DNA from: an uncultured Thermococci archaeon
Lineage (GTDB): Archaea > Methanobacteriota_B > Thermococci > Thermococcales > Thermococcaceae
DNA: 40,880 nucleotides
Assembly (NCBI GenBank): GCA_964487115.1
Contig: CAZAPD010000056.1
Coordinates: forward strand, 1-40,880
Direction of reading: 5' to 3'
How positions within the stretch are numbered: position 1 is the stretch's first letter; each line of letters starts with the position of its first letter. Below, one piece after another: positions 13,401 to 23,295 of this stretch. The translations under genes and the position numbers were made by a program. Below the pieces are notes generated by a model that had not been told where the DNA came from, did not search any database, and saw only the letters and a program-made list of their open reading frames with translations.

Positions 13401-13901
13401 ATGTGGGGAGAAATTGAGCACCACTTTGATGAATATCCTGTGCGAAAGCAGATAGCCAAAACGCTTCTGAAGTATGGTCTGAGAGTTTCTGATGACATGA
13501 AGATAAAGGCAGGTAATATAGAAGTACCATACACCAAGATAGCAAAAGCTCTCGATGTTGACAGGAGAGTTGTTAAAGAGACTGTTGCGATGATACTCAA
13601 GATACCTGAATTGAAGGAGATATACACCAATCTTGAGCCTACCGTACATATGAAGTTCGTCGGAAGACATGTGGGTTATGGGGTCATCGAAATTGAACCG
13701 GAACCAAGAGCTATTGGAATATTAGCTAAAATTGCTACAAAGATCGCCAATAGGGGAATAAATATAATACAGGTCGTTGCTGAAGATCCTGAGCTGTATC
13801 CAGAAGCTACCCTGACGATAATAACAGAAAGACCAATTCCGGGAGAATTAATAAACGAGCTTTCGAAACTTGAGGGGGTTAAGAGAATCTCAATTTACTA
13901 A
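13401..13901 (+). CDS. ACT-domain regulator of amino acid metabolism (COG2150-like)
   Basis: HTH-like TKIAKALDVDRRVV and ACT GILAKIATKIANRGINI; GGGTGA RBS. Confidence 0.9.
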   Translation: MWGEIEHHFDEYPVRKQIAKTLLKYGLRVSDDMKIKAGNIEVPYTKIAKALDVDRRVVKETVAMILKIPELKEIYTNLEPTVHMKFVGRHVGYGVIEIEPEPRAIGILAKIATKIANRGINIIQVVAEDPELYPEATLTIITERPIPGELINELSKLEGVKRISIY

Positions 13902-14142
13902 GTGTTATCATGTCACGATTTCATCCAAGATTTTTGCTTTCTATCTTTTTCACACTTGAAGAATCAATGAGTGCATTTAGGAGTATTACCGTTGCAGAAG
14001 AAAAGGCACGGAGACATCAGCTATCTCTAAGATGTCATGTCAAATGGGTACAAAAGGTATCAGACCTTTTTGGTCGTTATGTTAACTTGGGCTTTCCAGA
14101 ACGTTTTTTGACAATAGAGCACATTTTTGGGGATTTTATTTT

Positions 14143-14164
14143 AACCAAAGGTTTTAAACCTTTG
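14143..14164. promoter_or_regulatory. SurR binding site at the mbs promoter
   Basis: AAC-CAAAG-GTT-TTA-AAC (14143-14159) is the reverse complement of GTTn3AACn5GTT. It overlaps the 19-bp palindrome CAAAGGTTT-T-AAACCTTTG; a BRE/TATA AAAGTTTATAAA follows at 14177-14188. Confidence 0.8.
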
Positions 14165-14261
14165 TTCTTGGTTAATAAAGTTTATAAACATTTATTTAGA
14201 ACCAAAGATTAACTTCGTCCAGCCTAAAAAGAACTAACTTTACACGCTGGAGGGTTGGTAA

Positions 14262-14768
14262 ATGAAAGAAGCGAGCAGGATTAGCAGGTATTTATATACG
14301 GTTATTGTGCTGTTTATTATCTGGCTGTTCTTAACGAGTAGCTTTGACATCCAAGAACTTGAAATCGGCTTTATACTCTCTCTGATCGTTGCAGCATTTA
14401 CCTATGAACTTTTCACGACCAATGGCCTTGCAAATCTTCATCCAAAAAGAATCGTATATGCAGCTGCATATGTGCCATACTTCCTGTGGGCAATGATAAT
14501 GGCTAATTTGGATGTGGCTTACAGGGTTCTTCACCCAAAGAGGCCTATAAATCCGGGAATTGTAGAGTGCAAAACTGTCCTTAAAAGCGATGTTGGTAAA
14601 TTAAGTTTGGCAAATTCAATTACACTGACACCGGGAACAATCACTCTTGATGTTATTGATGATAGATATTTCATCCACTGGATTGATGTTAAAGATTCCA
14701 GTGTTGAAGGTGCTTCTGAGAACATAACAAAGCCTTTTGAAAAATTCCTGAAGGTGATCTTCGGATGA
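14262..14768 (+). CDS. mbsA: MBS/Mbx subunit A (MnhE-like)
   Basis: PINPGIV and LANSITLTPGTIT; first gene of the operon. Confidence 0.92.
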   Translation: MKEASRISRYLYTVIVLFIIWLFLTSSFDIQELEIGFILSLIVAAFTYELFTTNGLANLHPKRIVYAAAYVPYFLWAMIMANLDVAYRVLHPKRPINPGIVECKTVLKSDVGKLSLANSITLTPGTITLDVIDDRYFIHWIDVKDSSVEGASENITKPFEKFLKVIFG

Positions 14769-15019
14769 TAGGTATTAACATTTATCTTGCATTAATAGCG
14801 ATAGCCACACTCCTTAGCCTCTACAGAGTTTTCAGGGGGCCTACCACAGTTGATAGGCTTGTAGCCGTTGATATTATGACGACGATTACCACGGGACTTA
14901 TGGTGCTCTTTGCTCTGCAGTATAAGCGTATGATATTTCTCGATGTAGCATTGGTATATGCGGTGCTGGCGTTCTTGGGAGTAATAGCATTTGCAAGATA
15001 TCTGGAGGGAGGGATATGA
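14765..15019 (+). CDS. mbsB: MBS subunit B (MnhF-like)
   Basis: GPTTVDRLVAVD; ATGA overlap. Confidence 0.92.
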   Translation: MIGINIYLALIAIATLLSLYRVFRGPTTVDRLVAVDIMTTITTGLMVLFALQYKRMIFLDVALVYAVLAFLGVIAFARYLEGGI

Positions 15020-15384
15020 ACGCAATATCAGCATTTGGGGAGTTATTAGTACTTTTTGGGGTCTTCTTCTACTTCCTCTCCGCATTGGGTCTAATAAGAA
15101 TGCCTGACGTCTACAACAGGATGCAGACTGCAACGAAGAGTGCTACACTTGGATCGTTAGGTGTAATAATAGGAACCGGAATCTGGGCTATTGGAGAAGG
15201 CTTCTACTGGGGATGGATAACCAAGACCATTGTAATTGCAGTTTTTCTCCTCCTGACGAATCCAATAAGTGCCCATGCTCTTATTAGAGGCGCATATAAG
15301 AGCGGCATACCCCTCTGGGAAGGTAGTGTTATCGACCGGTATAAAGAAGCTTTAAAAGGGCAGAAAAAGGAGGGAGAAGAATGA
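15016..15384 (+). CDS. mbsC: MBS subunit C (MnhG-like)
   Basis: RMPDVYNRMQTATK and TNPISAHAL. Confidence 0.92.
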   Translation: MNAISAFGELLVLFGVFFYFLSALGLIRMPDVYNRMQTATKSATLGSLGVIIGTGIWAIGEGFYWGWITKTIVIAVFLLLTNPISAHALIRGAYKSGIPLWEGSVIDRYKEALKGQKKEGEE

Positions 15385-15668
15385 CAAACTGTATTCAATG
15401 CATTGAATACGTTATGGTACTCGTCATGATTCTTGCAGCAGTTTTTGCAGTGGAGTGGAAAGACCTGCTGGCTGCGGTTGTAGGCATGGCAGCAGTCAGT
15501 TTGGTAGCTTCGATTCTATTTTTCTTCCTGCAGGCTCCTGATGTTGCAATGACAGAAGCTGCAATAGGGGCCGCAATGAGTGCAGCGGTCTTCATCTTTG
15601 CTATTAAAAGAACTCAAAGATACGAAACAGAAGAAGAGGAGAGGCCCGGGTGGTGGATAAGATGGTGA
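15381..15668 (+). CDS. mbsD: MBS subunit D (DUF4040/MrpA C-terminal-like)
   Basis: LQAPDVAMTEAAIGA. Confidence 0.9.
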   Translation: MTNCIQCIEYVMVLVMILAAVFAVEWKDLLAAVVGMAAVSLVASILFFFLQAPDVAMTEAAIGAAMSAAVFIFAIKRTQRYETEEEERPGWWIRW

Positions 15669-16378
15669 TGAAGAGAGTTCTTGCGATACTCACCATCCTT
15701 ATCATCGGGTATTGGATGGCATCAGCCTTGGCAAATGTGCCCTTCGGAGCGGATAAAATGCTCGTCGGTCAGTATTATCTCAACCATGTCAAAGAACAAA
15801 CCGGCGCTGTAAATGCAGTTACAGCTGTTGTCGTTAACTACAGAGGTTTTGATACCCTCGGTGAGGTTACAGTTCTGTTCATAGCCTCGACAGGCGTTGC
15901 CGCTCTTCTGTGGAGGAGAAAGAAAGAGAGAACAGCGAAAAGTGAGGGGAGCATAGTTCTAACAACCGGTGCAAGGCTGCTTTTTGCCTTCATAGTCCTC
16001 TTTGGTGCATATATCTTTATCCACGGTCATTTAACACCGGGCGGAGGTTTTCCGGGAGGAGCTACGATAGCAACCGCATTTCTCATGCTATATCTGGCTT
16101 TTTCTGCATATGAAATTCCACATAAAAGTTTTGAGGTCACAGAAGGCATTGCAGGCATGGGTTATGTTACAGTCGGTCTTATAGGTCTTGCAATAGGGAG
16201 CTATTTCCTATTTGATTGGATATGGCAAACTTGGGGATGGGGGCATAGCAACATCGGAAGGCTCTTCAGTGCTGGCTTCATTCCGATAATCTACACGATA
16301 ATCGGCATAAAAGTCGGAACGGAACTCACTGGAATAGTTGATAGCATGGTCAAAGAACCAAAGGAGGGAGGAGAATGA
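15668..16378 (+). CDS. mbsE: MBS subunit E (MnhB-like)
   Basis: NAVTAVVVNYRGFDTLGE and HGHLTPGGGFPGG; start refined to ATG 15668. Confidence 0.9.
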   Translation: MKRVLAILTILIIGYWMASALANVPFGADKMLVGQYYLNHVKEQTGAVNAVTAVVVNYRGFDTLGEVTVLFIASTGVAALLWRRKKERTAKSEGSIVLTTGARLLFAFIVLFGAYIFIHGHLTPGGGFPGGATIATAFLMLYLAFSAYEIPHKSFEVTEGIAGMGYVTVGLIGLAIGSYFLFDWIWQTWGWGHSNIGRLFSAGFIPIIYTIIGIKVGTELTGIVDSMVKEPKEGGE

Positions 16379-16722
16379 GCATCAGCGTCTATTACTTTGG
16401 AGCTATCTCATTAATATTGATAGGGCTATATGCAGTACTTGTCAAGAAGAATCTCCTGAAGATTCTCGTTGGACTCAGCATAATGGAAACTGGAGTTAAC
16501 CTGCTTCTCATCAGTATAGGCTACATAGCCGGTAGAAGTGCCCCAATTTTAAGTGAGGGTGTAGGGCCGAATCAGGCCGTTGATCCAATTCCCCAGGCTC
16601 TGGTTCTGACGGCAATCGTTATCGGTGTTGCCACAACTGCTCTTGCATTGACAGTTGCTATCAACCTGTATGAAACCTACAAGACTCTCAATATAGAAGA
16701 GTTAAGGAGGTTGAGAGGATGA
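16375..16722 (+). CDS. mbsG: MBS subunit G (MnhC-like)
   Basis: DPIPQALVLTAIVIG. Confidence 0.92.
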   Translation: MSISVYYFGAISLILIGLYAVLVKKNLLKILVGLSIMETGVNLLLISIGYIAGRSAPILSEGVGPNQAVDPIPQALVLTAIVIGVATTALALTVAINLYETYKTLNIEELRRLRG

Positions 16723-18209
16723 ACCAGTATGCTGCACTCCTCATAGCTTTACCCCTTATAAGTGCGTTCTTTGTTCCTGTCATTAAATCACTCAGCAAAA
16801 AGGTCGTCATGCCGTTTTTGGTGCTTGTAACGGCGGTTCAGACGGGAATAGCAGCGTGGGTTTTTAATGAGGTATATTCAAGTGGAAAGCCTATGATTAT
16901 CATGGCGGGTGGATTTAAGCCACCTGTTGGGATAAACCTCTACATAGGACATTTCGCTGCATTGTTTGTGCTTATAATTGCAGTTACAAGCTTTTTCATG
17001 GCAGTATTCAGCATGAAAGCTATAACAGTTGAACCAAAGGATAAGTATGTGATGCTATTCCTTCTGCTCATGCTTGGAGCTACTGGAATGATAGCAACAG
17101 GTGATATATTCAACCTCTTTGTCTTCATGGAAATCACCGCAATAAGTGCCTATGCTTTAACCGCCTATAACAAGACTGGCGAGGCCAGTGAGGCTGCAAT
17201 GAAGTATATCATTCTCGGTGGTATTGGTTCAAGCTTCTTCCTCGTTGGCATCGCACTAATCTACGGTTCCCTTGGAACCTTAAATATGGCACAGATAGCC
17301 CAACTTGCTGGTAGAATGAATCCCACAGTTGCACAAGCCGCTTTAGCAATGCTCGTCTTCGGTCTGGCAGTTGAAGCGGAGCTGTTCCCACTCAATGCAT
17401 GGGCACCAGATGCCTACCAAGCGGCACCCCATCCAGTTACTACTATGTTTTCAGCATTCGTAGTTAAAGCTGGACTATATGCATTGGCGAGAGTACTTTA
17501 TCTGACGCATGCAGTGGGTTCGTGGGGACATGTTTTAAAACTGCTAATAGTCCTTGGAACTCTAACAGTGGTTATCGGGGAACTCTCGGCTCTGCGACAG
17601 ACTAATGTCAAGAGAATGTTTGCATATTCGAGTATAGCCCAAGTAGGCTTTATCGCTGTGGGATTTGCCCTTGGAACTCAAGCTGGAGTAACTGCAAGTG
17701 TCTTCCACATGGTTAATCATGCTATAGTAAAAGCCCTCATGTTCATGGCGGTTGGCTATGTCGCTTTTGAGCTTGGAGGAGTGAATCTGGAAGACTTTAA
17801 AGGCTTAGGAAAAACAATGCCTCTAACAGCATTTGCAATAACTGTAGGTGCAATAAGCATTATTGGGATTCCCCTTTTCAACATCTTCTGGAGCAAGATA
17901 CAGCTAATCTTAGCAGCACTGAAAGCAGGAAAAACCGGTGTGATAGCGTTGATACTTGGTGCAAGTTTAGTTGAGGCTGTGTATTATATACGGCTGATAC
18001 ATACAATGTGGTTTGAGGAAGGGGATAGGGATAGAATTAAGGAGAATCTAATCTTTGGTACTATAATGCTACTTTTGGTTGCACTGATAATCATAATAGG
18101 TGTTGCTCCGAACTTTGTATGGAACATTGTACAGAAAGCTGGTGCTGATATATACAATGCCGCCCAGTATATTAAGAATGTTCCGCTTTTACCGGGGGTG
18201 AGTCCATGA
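16719..18209 (+). CDS. mbsH: MBS subunit H (MnhD/NuoN-like antiporter subunit)
   Basis: NLFVFMEI, FPLNAWAPDAY and KRMFAYSSIAQ. Confidence 0.92.
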   Translation: MNQYAALLIALPLISAFFVPVIKSLSKKVVMPFLVLVTAVQTGIAAWVFNEVYSSGKPMIIMAGGFKPPVGINLYIGHFAALFVLIIAVTSFFMAVFSMKAITVEPKDKYVMLFLLLMLGATGMIATGDIFNLFVFMEITAISAYALTAYNKTGEASEAAMKYIILGGIGSSFFLVGIALIYGSLGTLNMAQIAQLAGRMNPTVAQAALAMLVFGLAVEAELFPLNAWAPDAYQAAPHPVTTMFSAFVVKAGLYALARVLYLTHAVGSWGHVLKLLIVLGTLTVVIGELSALRQTNVKRMFAYSSIAQVGFIAVGFALGTQAGVTASVFHMVNHAIVKALMFMAVGYVAFELGGVNLEDFKGLGKTMPLTAFAITVGAISIIGIPLFNIFWSKIQLILAALKAGKTGVIALILGASLVEAVYYIRLIHTMWFEEGDRDRIKENLIFGTIMLLLVALIIIIGVAPNFVWNIVQKAGADIYNAAQYIKNVPLLPGVSP

Positions 18210-20068
18210 TTAACGAGCTGATGATAATAATATTTACACCATTAATAGCTGGTGTAATTGCATGGCTCTTGGACATAAAAGGGCTGAGAGAAGGAATTAG
18301 CGTCATAGGTGCTGCGATACCTTTGGCATACCTTATTCAAGCATATCACACTCTCGCTTCGCAATCAAGCATCCAGTATTCGGTAGTTATATCCGGGTTT
18401 AAATTTGAGTTTCTGCTTTATCAGATAAGCTGGATATTCGCAATGATTGCAGGAGTTGTAGGCTTTGCAGCAATTCTTGGGATGGTTTCGACAGCAAAAG
18501 ACAGCTATGAATGGCTTTTTGCCTTAATGAGTCTAACAGGGGTTTATGGAGTGTTCTTGGCAGATGACTTGGTAAGCTTCTTTATCTTTTGGGAGATTAT
18601 GACATTTGCTTCATTCATGATGGTTCTCAAGTATAACAAAAAGGCCTCGTTGAAATATTTCCTGTTGAGTGTAGCTGGGGCATATTCAATGCTCTTGGCA
18701 ATAGGAATGCTCTATGCCAAAGTTGGAGCTTTAGATTTTACCACAATTCAGCAGGTCTTATATCAAGACGCAATGAGGGGGGTTTTGGGAACAAATACTC
18801 TCTTCAGCAGAAATGAAATATTATTAATCTTTGGTCTATTCTTAGTAGCCTTCGGTGTTAAAGCCGGCACATTCCCCCTACATGTATGGGCACCCGATGC
18901 TTATTCAGAGACAAATCAGAGCTATACTGCAATGTTTAGTGGTGTATTAAGCAAAGCAGGAGTTTATGGAATGCTTGTAATCTACATCCTCTTGGGAACA
19001 AGACTGGTGTACCAGTTTGGCCGGATTGGAGCGGCACCTAAGTTTGGATATGTGATAGCTTTCCTTGGAGGTATTACAATAATCGTTGGTGGATTGCTGG
19101 CGGCTCTTCAGGAAGATATAAGGAAGCTTTTCGCATATTCAAGCATAAGCCAGATAGGATACATACTGGTCGGTATAGGAGTTGGCAGTGCCCTGAGTAT
19201 TGAAGCAGCGATTTACCACGCAATAAGCCATGCACTTTTCAAGGGGCTCTTTTTCCTCATAGTTGCAACGATAGTCCTGAGAACAGGCAAAACAGAGTTC
19301 AAGGATATGGGAGGATTAGCTGAAAAAATGCCAATAACGTTTGCAATGGCTTTTGTGGCAATCCTCAGCCTCGCAGGGATTCCTCCTCTGGTGGGATTTG
19401 CGAGCAAGTGGCTTATATTTGAAGCTGTAATACATGAGAATATGCCGATACTTGGGGGTATGATATTCTTCGGAAGTGCGATAGGCTTTGTCTATCTGAT
19501 AAGATTTACATATGCCGTTTGGTTTGGTCAGAGACCAACGGAGCTGGATGATACAAAAGATGCCCCAGTTCCATTGGCCATTGCTATGGGTATCTTAGCA
19601 CTACTCAACGTAGTCTTTGGCATAGCTCCGGGGCTTGTTGCAGGTGAGTTGAACAAAATATTCGGCAAAGAGATTATTCAGGGGACAATCTGGGAGCTCA
19701 ATCTTGGCTTTGGAAGGTACAACGGTCTGTTTATCACCGTATGGCTTGTGATTGGTATAGTTATCGCGGGAATCATATATTTCCTCGGTGCAAAAGTCAG
19801 AAGGGTTCCCGTTACTGACACATACCAGGCAGGAAATCCCGTGACGATGGAATACAATCTGACGATTAGGAGAAATTACTTCCTTCCACTTAAGGAAACA
19901 CTGGCTTTCTGGCTCAGGATAAGCTTTGACAGACTTTATCAAGACATTGGTAAATGGGTTGAAGATTTAGCTGAGACACTGAGGCACTATATTTACAACG
20001 GAAATGTTCAGGCCTATGCTTGGTATCTGGCAATAATACTAATAATCCTTGCACTGTGGGGGGTGTGA
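18206..20068 (+). CDS. mbsH': MBS subunit H' (second antiporter-like subunit)
   Basis: FFIFWEIM, KAGTFPLHVWAPDAY and RKLFAYSSISQ, with a long C-terminal extension. Confidence 0.92.
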   Translation: MINELMIIIFTPLIAGVIAWLLDIKGLREGISVIGAAIPLAYLIQAYHTLASQSSIQYSVVISGFKFEFLLYQISWIFAMIAGVVGFAAILGMVSTAKDSYEWLFALMSLTGVYGVFLADDLVSFFIFWEIMTFASFMMVLKYNKKASLKYFLLSVAGAYSMLLAIGMLYAKVGALDFTTIQQVLYQDAMRGVLGTNTLFSRNEILLIFGLFLVAFGVKAGTFPLHVWAPDAYSETNQSYTAMFSGVLSKAGVYGMLVIYILLGTRLVYQFGRIGAAPKFGYVIAFLGGITIIVGGLLAALQEDIRKLFAYSSISQIGYILVGIGVGSALSIEAAIYHAISHALFKGLFFLIVATIVLRTGKTEFKDMGGLAEKMPITFAMAFVAILSLAGIPPLVGFASKWLIFEAVIHENMPILGGMIFFGSAIGFVYLIRFTYAVWFGQRPTELDDTKDAPVPLAIAMGILALLNVVFGIAPGLVAGELNKIFGKEIIQGTIWELNLGFGRYNGLFITVWLVIGIVIAGIIYFLGAKVRRVPVTDTYQAGNPVTMEYNLTIRRNYFLPLKETLAFWLRISFDRLYQDIGKWVEDLAETLRHYIYNGNVQAYAWYLAIILIILALWGV

Positions 20069-20071
20069 AGA

Positions 20072-21001
20072 ATGATTGAGATTGCGTTAAAAGCTGTCCT
20101 TATACTGCTTTATGCTACATTTGTGGGATTCATGTTCATGGGAATAATTAGGATTGTAACTGCAAGAATCCACAGAAGGGTTGGACCACCGATTTATCAG
20201 CCCATTTTAGACACGATAAAGCTTCTCTCAAAGAAAAGCAACATAACCCATGGACTTATCTATGACTTCGGAATTATCTATGCATTGGGGGCAACAATTC
20301 TTGCTCTGATGTTTATCCCTCTTGGAAGCATAAGTATTCTCAGAGCCTACGGTGACTTGATACTCATTACTTTCCTCCTTGAAATTCCGATGCTGGGTAT
20401 AATGTTTGCCGCAATGAGCTCGGGGAACCCATGGGCTGGCTTAGGCTCTCAACGAGCCTTGCTAACTCTCTTAGCTATTCAAGTGCCTTTGGGATTTGCA
20501 ATAGTAGCACTGGCAGAGTTTTATGGCACTTTCAGTACATACCAAATAGTGATGGCTCAGCAAACAGCAGGATGGAGTATAACCTACCTTCCATTATTGC
20601 TGGCAGCAGTGGCTTATGATCTCGTTTTGCAGGCCATGTTTGGAAAGGAGCCCTTTGACATAATGATTGCTCCCGGTGAAATATCATTGGGTCCAATGGT
20701 TGAGTTCGGAGGAAAACATATGGGCATACTTCAGATACAGCATGCCATAGCACTCTTTGCCGAGACGCTCTTCTTCAGCAACATATTTCTCGGGGGTGCT
20801 GTTGTTACAGCATTTGCGAGCCCGATATTAAACACCTTGGCAAGTTTGGGAATACTTCTAATTAAACAGATTGCAGTTCTGCTGATAGCTATATTCATCG
20901 GCGCAATATTCCCGAGATTTACAATTGACCAAGCTGCAAGATTCTACTGGAAGTGGCCTACCATAATAGCAGCAACGGGTGCAATATTGGCAGCCTTGTG
21001 A
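20072..21001 (+). CDS. mbsM: MBS subunit M (NuoH-like)
   Basis: ARIHRRVGPPIYQPILDTIKLL and PRFTIDQ. Confidence 0.92.
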   Translation: MIEIALKAVLILLYATFVGFMFMGIIRIVTARIHRRVGPPIYQPILDTIKLLSKKSNITHGLIYDFGIIYALGATILALMFIPLGSISILRAYGDLILITFLLEIPMLGIMFAAMSSGNPWAGLGSQRALLTLLAIQVPLGFAIVALAEFYGTFSTYQIVMAQQTAGWSITYLPLLLAAVAYDLVLQAMFGKEPFDIMIAPGEISLGPMVEFGGKHMGILQIQHAIALFAETLFFSNIFLGGAVVTAFASPILNTLASLGILLIKQIAVLLIAIFIGAIFPRFTIDQAARFYWKWPTIIAATGAILAAL

Positions 21002-21011
21002 GGTGGTGAAA

Positions 21012-21587
21012 ATGGTGGATTGGAGATTATTTGAACCATTATTTGAATTTGCGAGGAAAAGGAGCCTCTGGATTGTGTCATTCTGTACCGGATGCGGCGG
21101 TATAGAGATGCCACCGCTCATGACCTCAAGATACGACCTTGAAAGATTCGGTATGATGCCGAATCCAGCTCCCAGAATGGCAGATTTATTCCTGATCACT
21201 GGTTATGTAACTCCAAAAACACTAAAGAGAATCATTATAACCTACGAACTACAGCCTGATCCAAAATACGTAATGGCTCATGGTTCATGCCCTCTTAACG
21301 GTGGAGTCTATTGGGATGCGTATAACGCTATTAAACATATTGACAAGTACATTCCCGTCGATGTCATTATAGCAGGTTGCATGCCAAGGCCAGAAGCAGT
21401 AATGGATGGAATAAACAAAATCATGGAGATGATTGAAAACGGAACCGCAGACAGCTGGAAGAGATACAAAGAGAATTACGAATGGTACAAAAAGAATCAA
21501 GATGAGCTGTTTGGAGAAGGTTGGCGTGAGAGAGAGGCGAGGAGGTGGATTCCATGGCTGATGGAGAGAAAGAAGGGGGAGGAATGA
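21012..21587 (+). CDS. mbsJ: MBS subunit J (NuoB-like Fe-S subunit)
   Basis: CTGCGGIE, GSCPLNGG and IAGCMPRPE; RBS GAGGTGGTGA. Confidence 0.93.
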   Translation: MVDWRLFEPLFEFARKRSLWIVSFCTGCGGIEMPPLMTSRYDLERFGMMPNPAPRMADLFLITGYVTPKTLKRIIITYELQPDPKYVMAHGSCPLNGGVYWDAYNAIKHIDKYIPVDVIIAGCMPRPEAVMDGINKIMEMIENGTADSWKRYKENYEWYKKNQDELFGEGWREREARRWIPWLMERKKGEE

Positions 21588-22105
21588 CCATGAAAGAGCA
21601 GGCAATTGTTGACAGGATTCTCAAAAAAGCTCCTTATGCTGAAGGAAATGTTAGACGGGAGAGAAGGATAGAGTTCAAGGTCCCAATGGAGAGAATAAGA
21701 GATTTCCTCACCCTGTTAAAGGAAAATGGCTTTGAGTTGATGCTCCAGATAACTCCGGTTGACTGGCCAAAGGATGAGGAGATAGAGTTAATATATCAAA
21801 TTTGGAGTATAACCCATGGAGTGCATACTATGGTCAGAACCAGAATACCCAGAGACTTAGAAAAAGCCAAAATCCCAACTATCAAGGATATTTATCCTGC
21901 AGCTGAGACTTATGAAAGGGATGCTCATGACTTTTTCGGGATATACTTTGAAGGAAACTGGAAAATGGAAATGCCATGGATACTTGATGACACGGAACAG
22001 GATGTCTATCCCCTCAGAAAGGATTTTGATATGCTGCAGTATGTTAAGAAAAAATACAAGATTCTTGATAGATTTGATGAAAACAAAGATAACTACGTGA
22101 TCTGA
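21584..22105 (+). CDS. mbsK: MBS subunit K (NuoC-like)
   Basis: YERDAHDFFGIYFEG and YPLRKDF. Confidence 0.92.
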   Translation: MTMKEQAIVDRILKKAPYAEGNVRRERRIEFKVPMERIRDFLTLLKENGFELMLQITPVDWPKDEEIELIYQIWSITHGVHTMVRTRIPRDLEKAKIPTIKDIYPAAETYERDAHDFFGIYFEGNWKMEMPWILDDTEQDVYPLRKDFDMLQYVKKKYKILDRFDENKDNYVI

Positions 22106-22114
22106 GGTGATATT

Positions 22115-23290
22115 ATGGTCGCTCAGAGTGAACTTATTAAAGAAGCGAGAGAAAATGGTATGGATTTGCTGCCTCTTGATAAGGATACCTATGAGCTGTT
22201 TTTTGGTCCACAACACATGGCAACCGAGAATTTTAGCATAATTTTAAAGATGGATGGTCATAGGGTTGTTAAGGCAATAGCAAATCCCGGATTCCTCCAC
22301 AGAGGATTTGAAAAATTGGCGGAATTAAGGCCATGGCACACAAACATTGCCCTCCTCCTAAGAATCTGTGTTCCGGAACCTGATGTACCAGAAAATATTT
22401 ACTCAATGGCTGTTGATGAGATAATAGGTTGGGAAGTCCCGGATAGAGCACAGTGGATCAGGACTACGGTACTTGAGATGGCGAGAGTCTCGGCATATCT
22501 CTTCTGGATAATGGGGCTTAGCTTTAAGCTTGGTGTCTATACTGCCGGTCAGTGGGCAGCAGCGTATAGAGAGAGATTGATGGCATTATTTGAAGAATTA
22601 AGTGGGGCGAGGGTTTATCATATATACACAATTCCAGGAGGCGTTAGAAGAGATATTCCAAGCGACAAATGGCTCCGTCAACTTAAAGATACTGTTGAGT
22701 ACATCAAAAGCAAGCTACCAGACTTTGACCACCTCGTTTTTGAAAACTACATTACATTCAAAAGAATGGAGGGTATTGGAGTTATGGATAAGAAATTCGC
22801 ATTAGCAGAGGGTGTTACAGGGCCTAACTTACGGGCAGCAGGTGTTGCATATGACGTTAGGAGAGCCGATCCATATTTGCTCTATCCCGAGCTTGATTTT
22901 GAAGTTCCTGTACTGGGAGATGGTGACGCTCTGGCAAGGGCATTAGTTAGGAGGTACGAGCTTGAGCAGGATTTATACATCCTCGAACAGCTTCTTGAGA
23001 TGGGACCGCCAAGCGGCCCCTATAAGGTGGAAGATCCGAGGCTGAAGAACCTGCCGAGGTTCAAAGTTCCAGCAGGGGATGCATTTGCCCATGTAGAAAG
23101 CACTAAAGGTGACTTTGGAGCCTATGTAGTCAGCGACGGAAAGAACAAACCGTATAGGGTTCAGATTAGAGGGCCAAGTATTGCCCATGGTGTCAGGGTT
23201 CTGGAACAGCTTCTGGTGGGAGCAAGGATAGCAGATGTACCTGTGATATTGATGAGTCTTGATAACTGCCCACCGGACATTGATAGGTGA
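22115..23290 (+). CDS. mbsL: MBS catalytic subunit L (NuoD-like, no NiFe site)
   Basis: GPQH and HRGFEKLAE. Only Cys85 (RICVPE) and Cys385 (DNCPPD) remain where hydrogenases have two CxxC motifs. Confidence 0.94.
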   Translation: MVAQSELIKEARENGMDLLPLDKDTYELFFGPQHMATENFSIILKMDGHRVVKAIANPGFLHRGFEKLAELRPWHTNIALLLRICVPEPDVPENIYSMAVDEIIGWEVPDRAQWIRTTVLEMARVSAYLFWIMGLSFKLGVYTAGQWAAAYRERLMALFEELSGARVYHIYTIPGGVRRDIPSDKWLRQLKDTVEYIKSKLPDFDHLVFENYITFKRMEGIGVMDKKFALAEGVTGPNLRAAGVAYDVRRADPYLLYPELDFEVPVLGDGDALARALVRRYELEQDLYILEQLLEMGPPSGPYKVEDPRLKNLPRFKVPAGDAFAHVESTKGDFGAYVVSDGKNKPYRVQIRGPSIAHGVRVLEQLLVGARIADVPVILMSLDNCPPDIDR

Positions 23291-23295
23291 TAAAA

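Noticed and set aside
13910..14212. 100-aa ORF upstream of mbsA
   Set aside because: No RBS or recognisable motif; it spans terminator and promoter elements.
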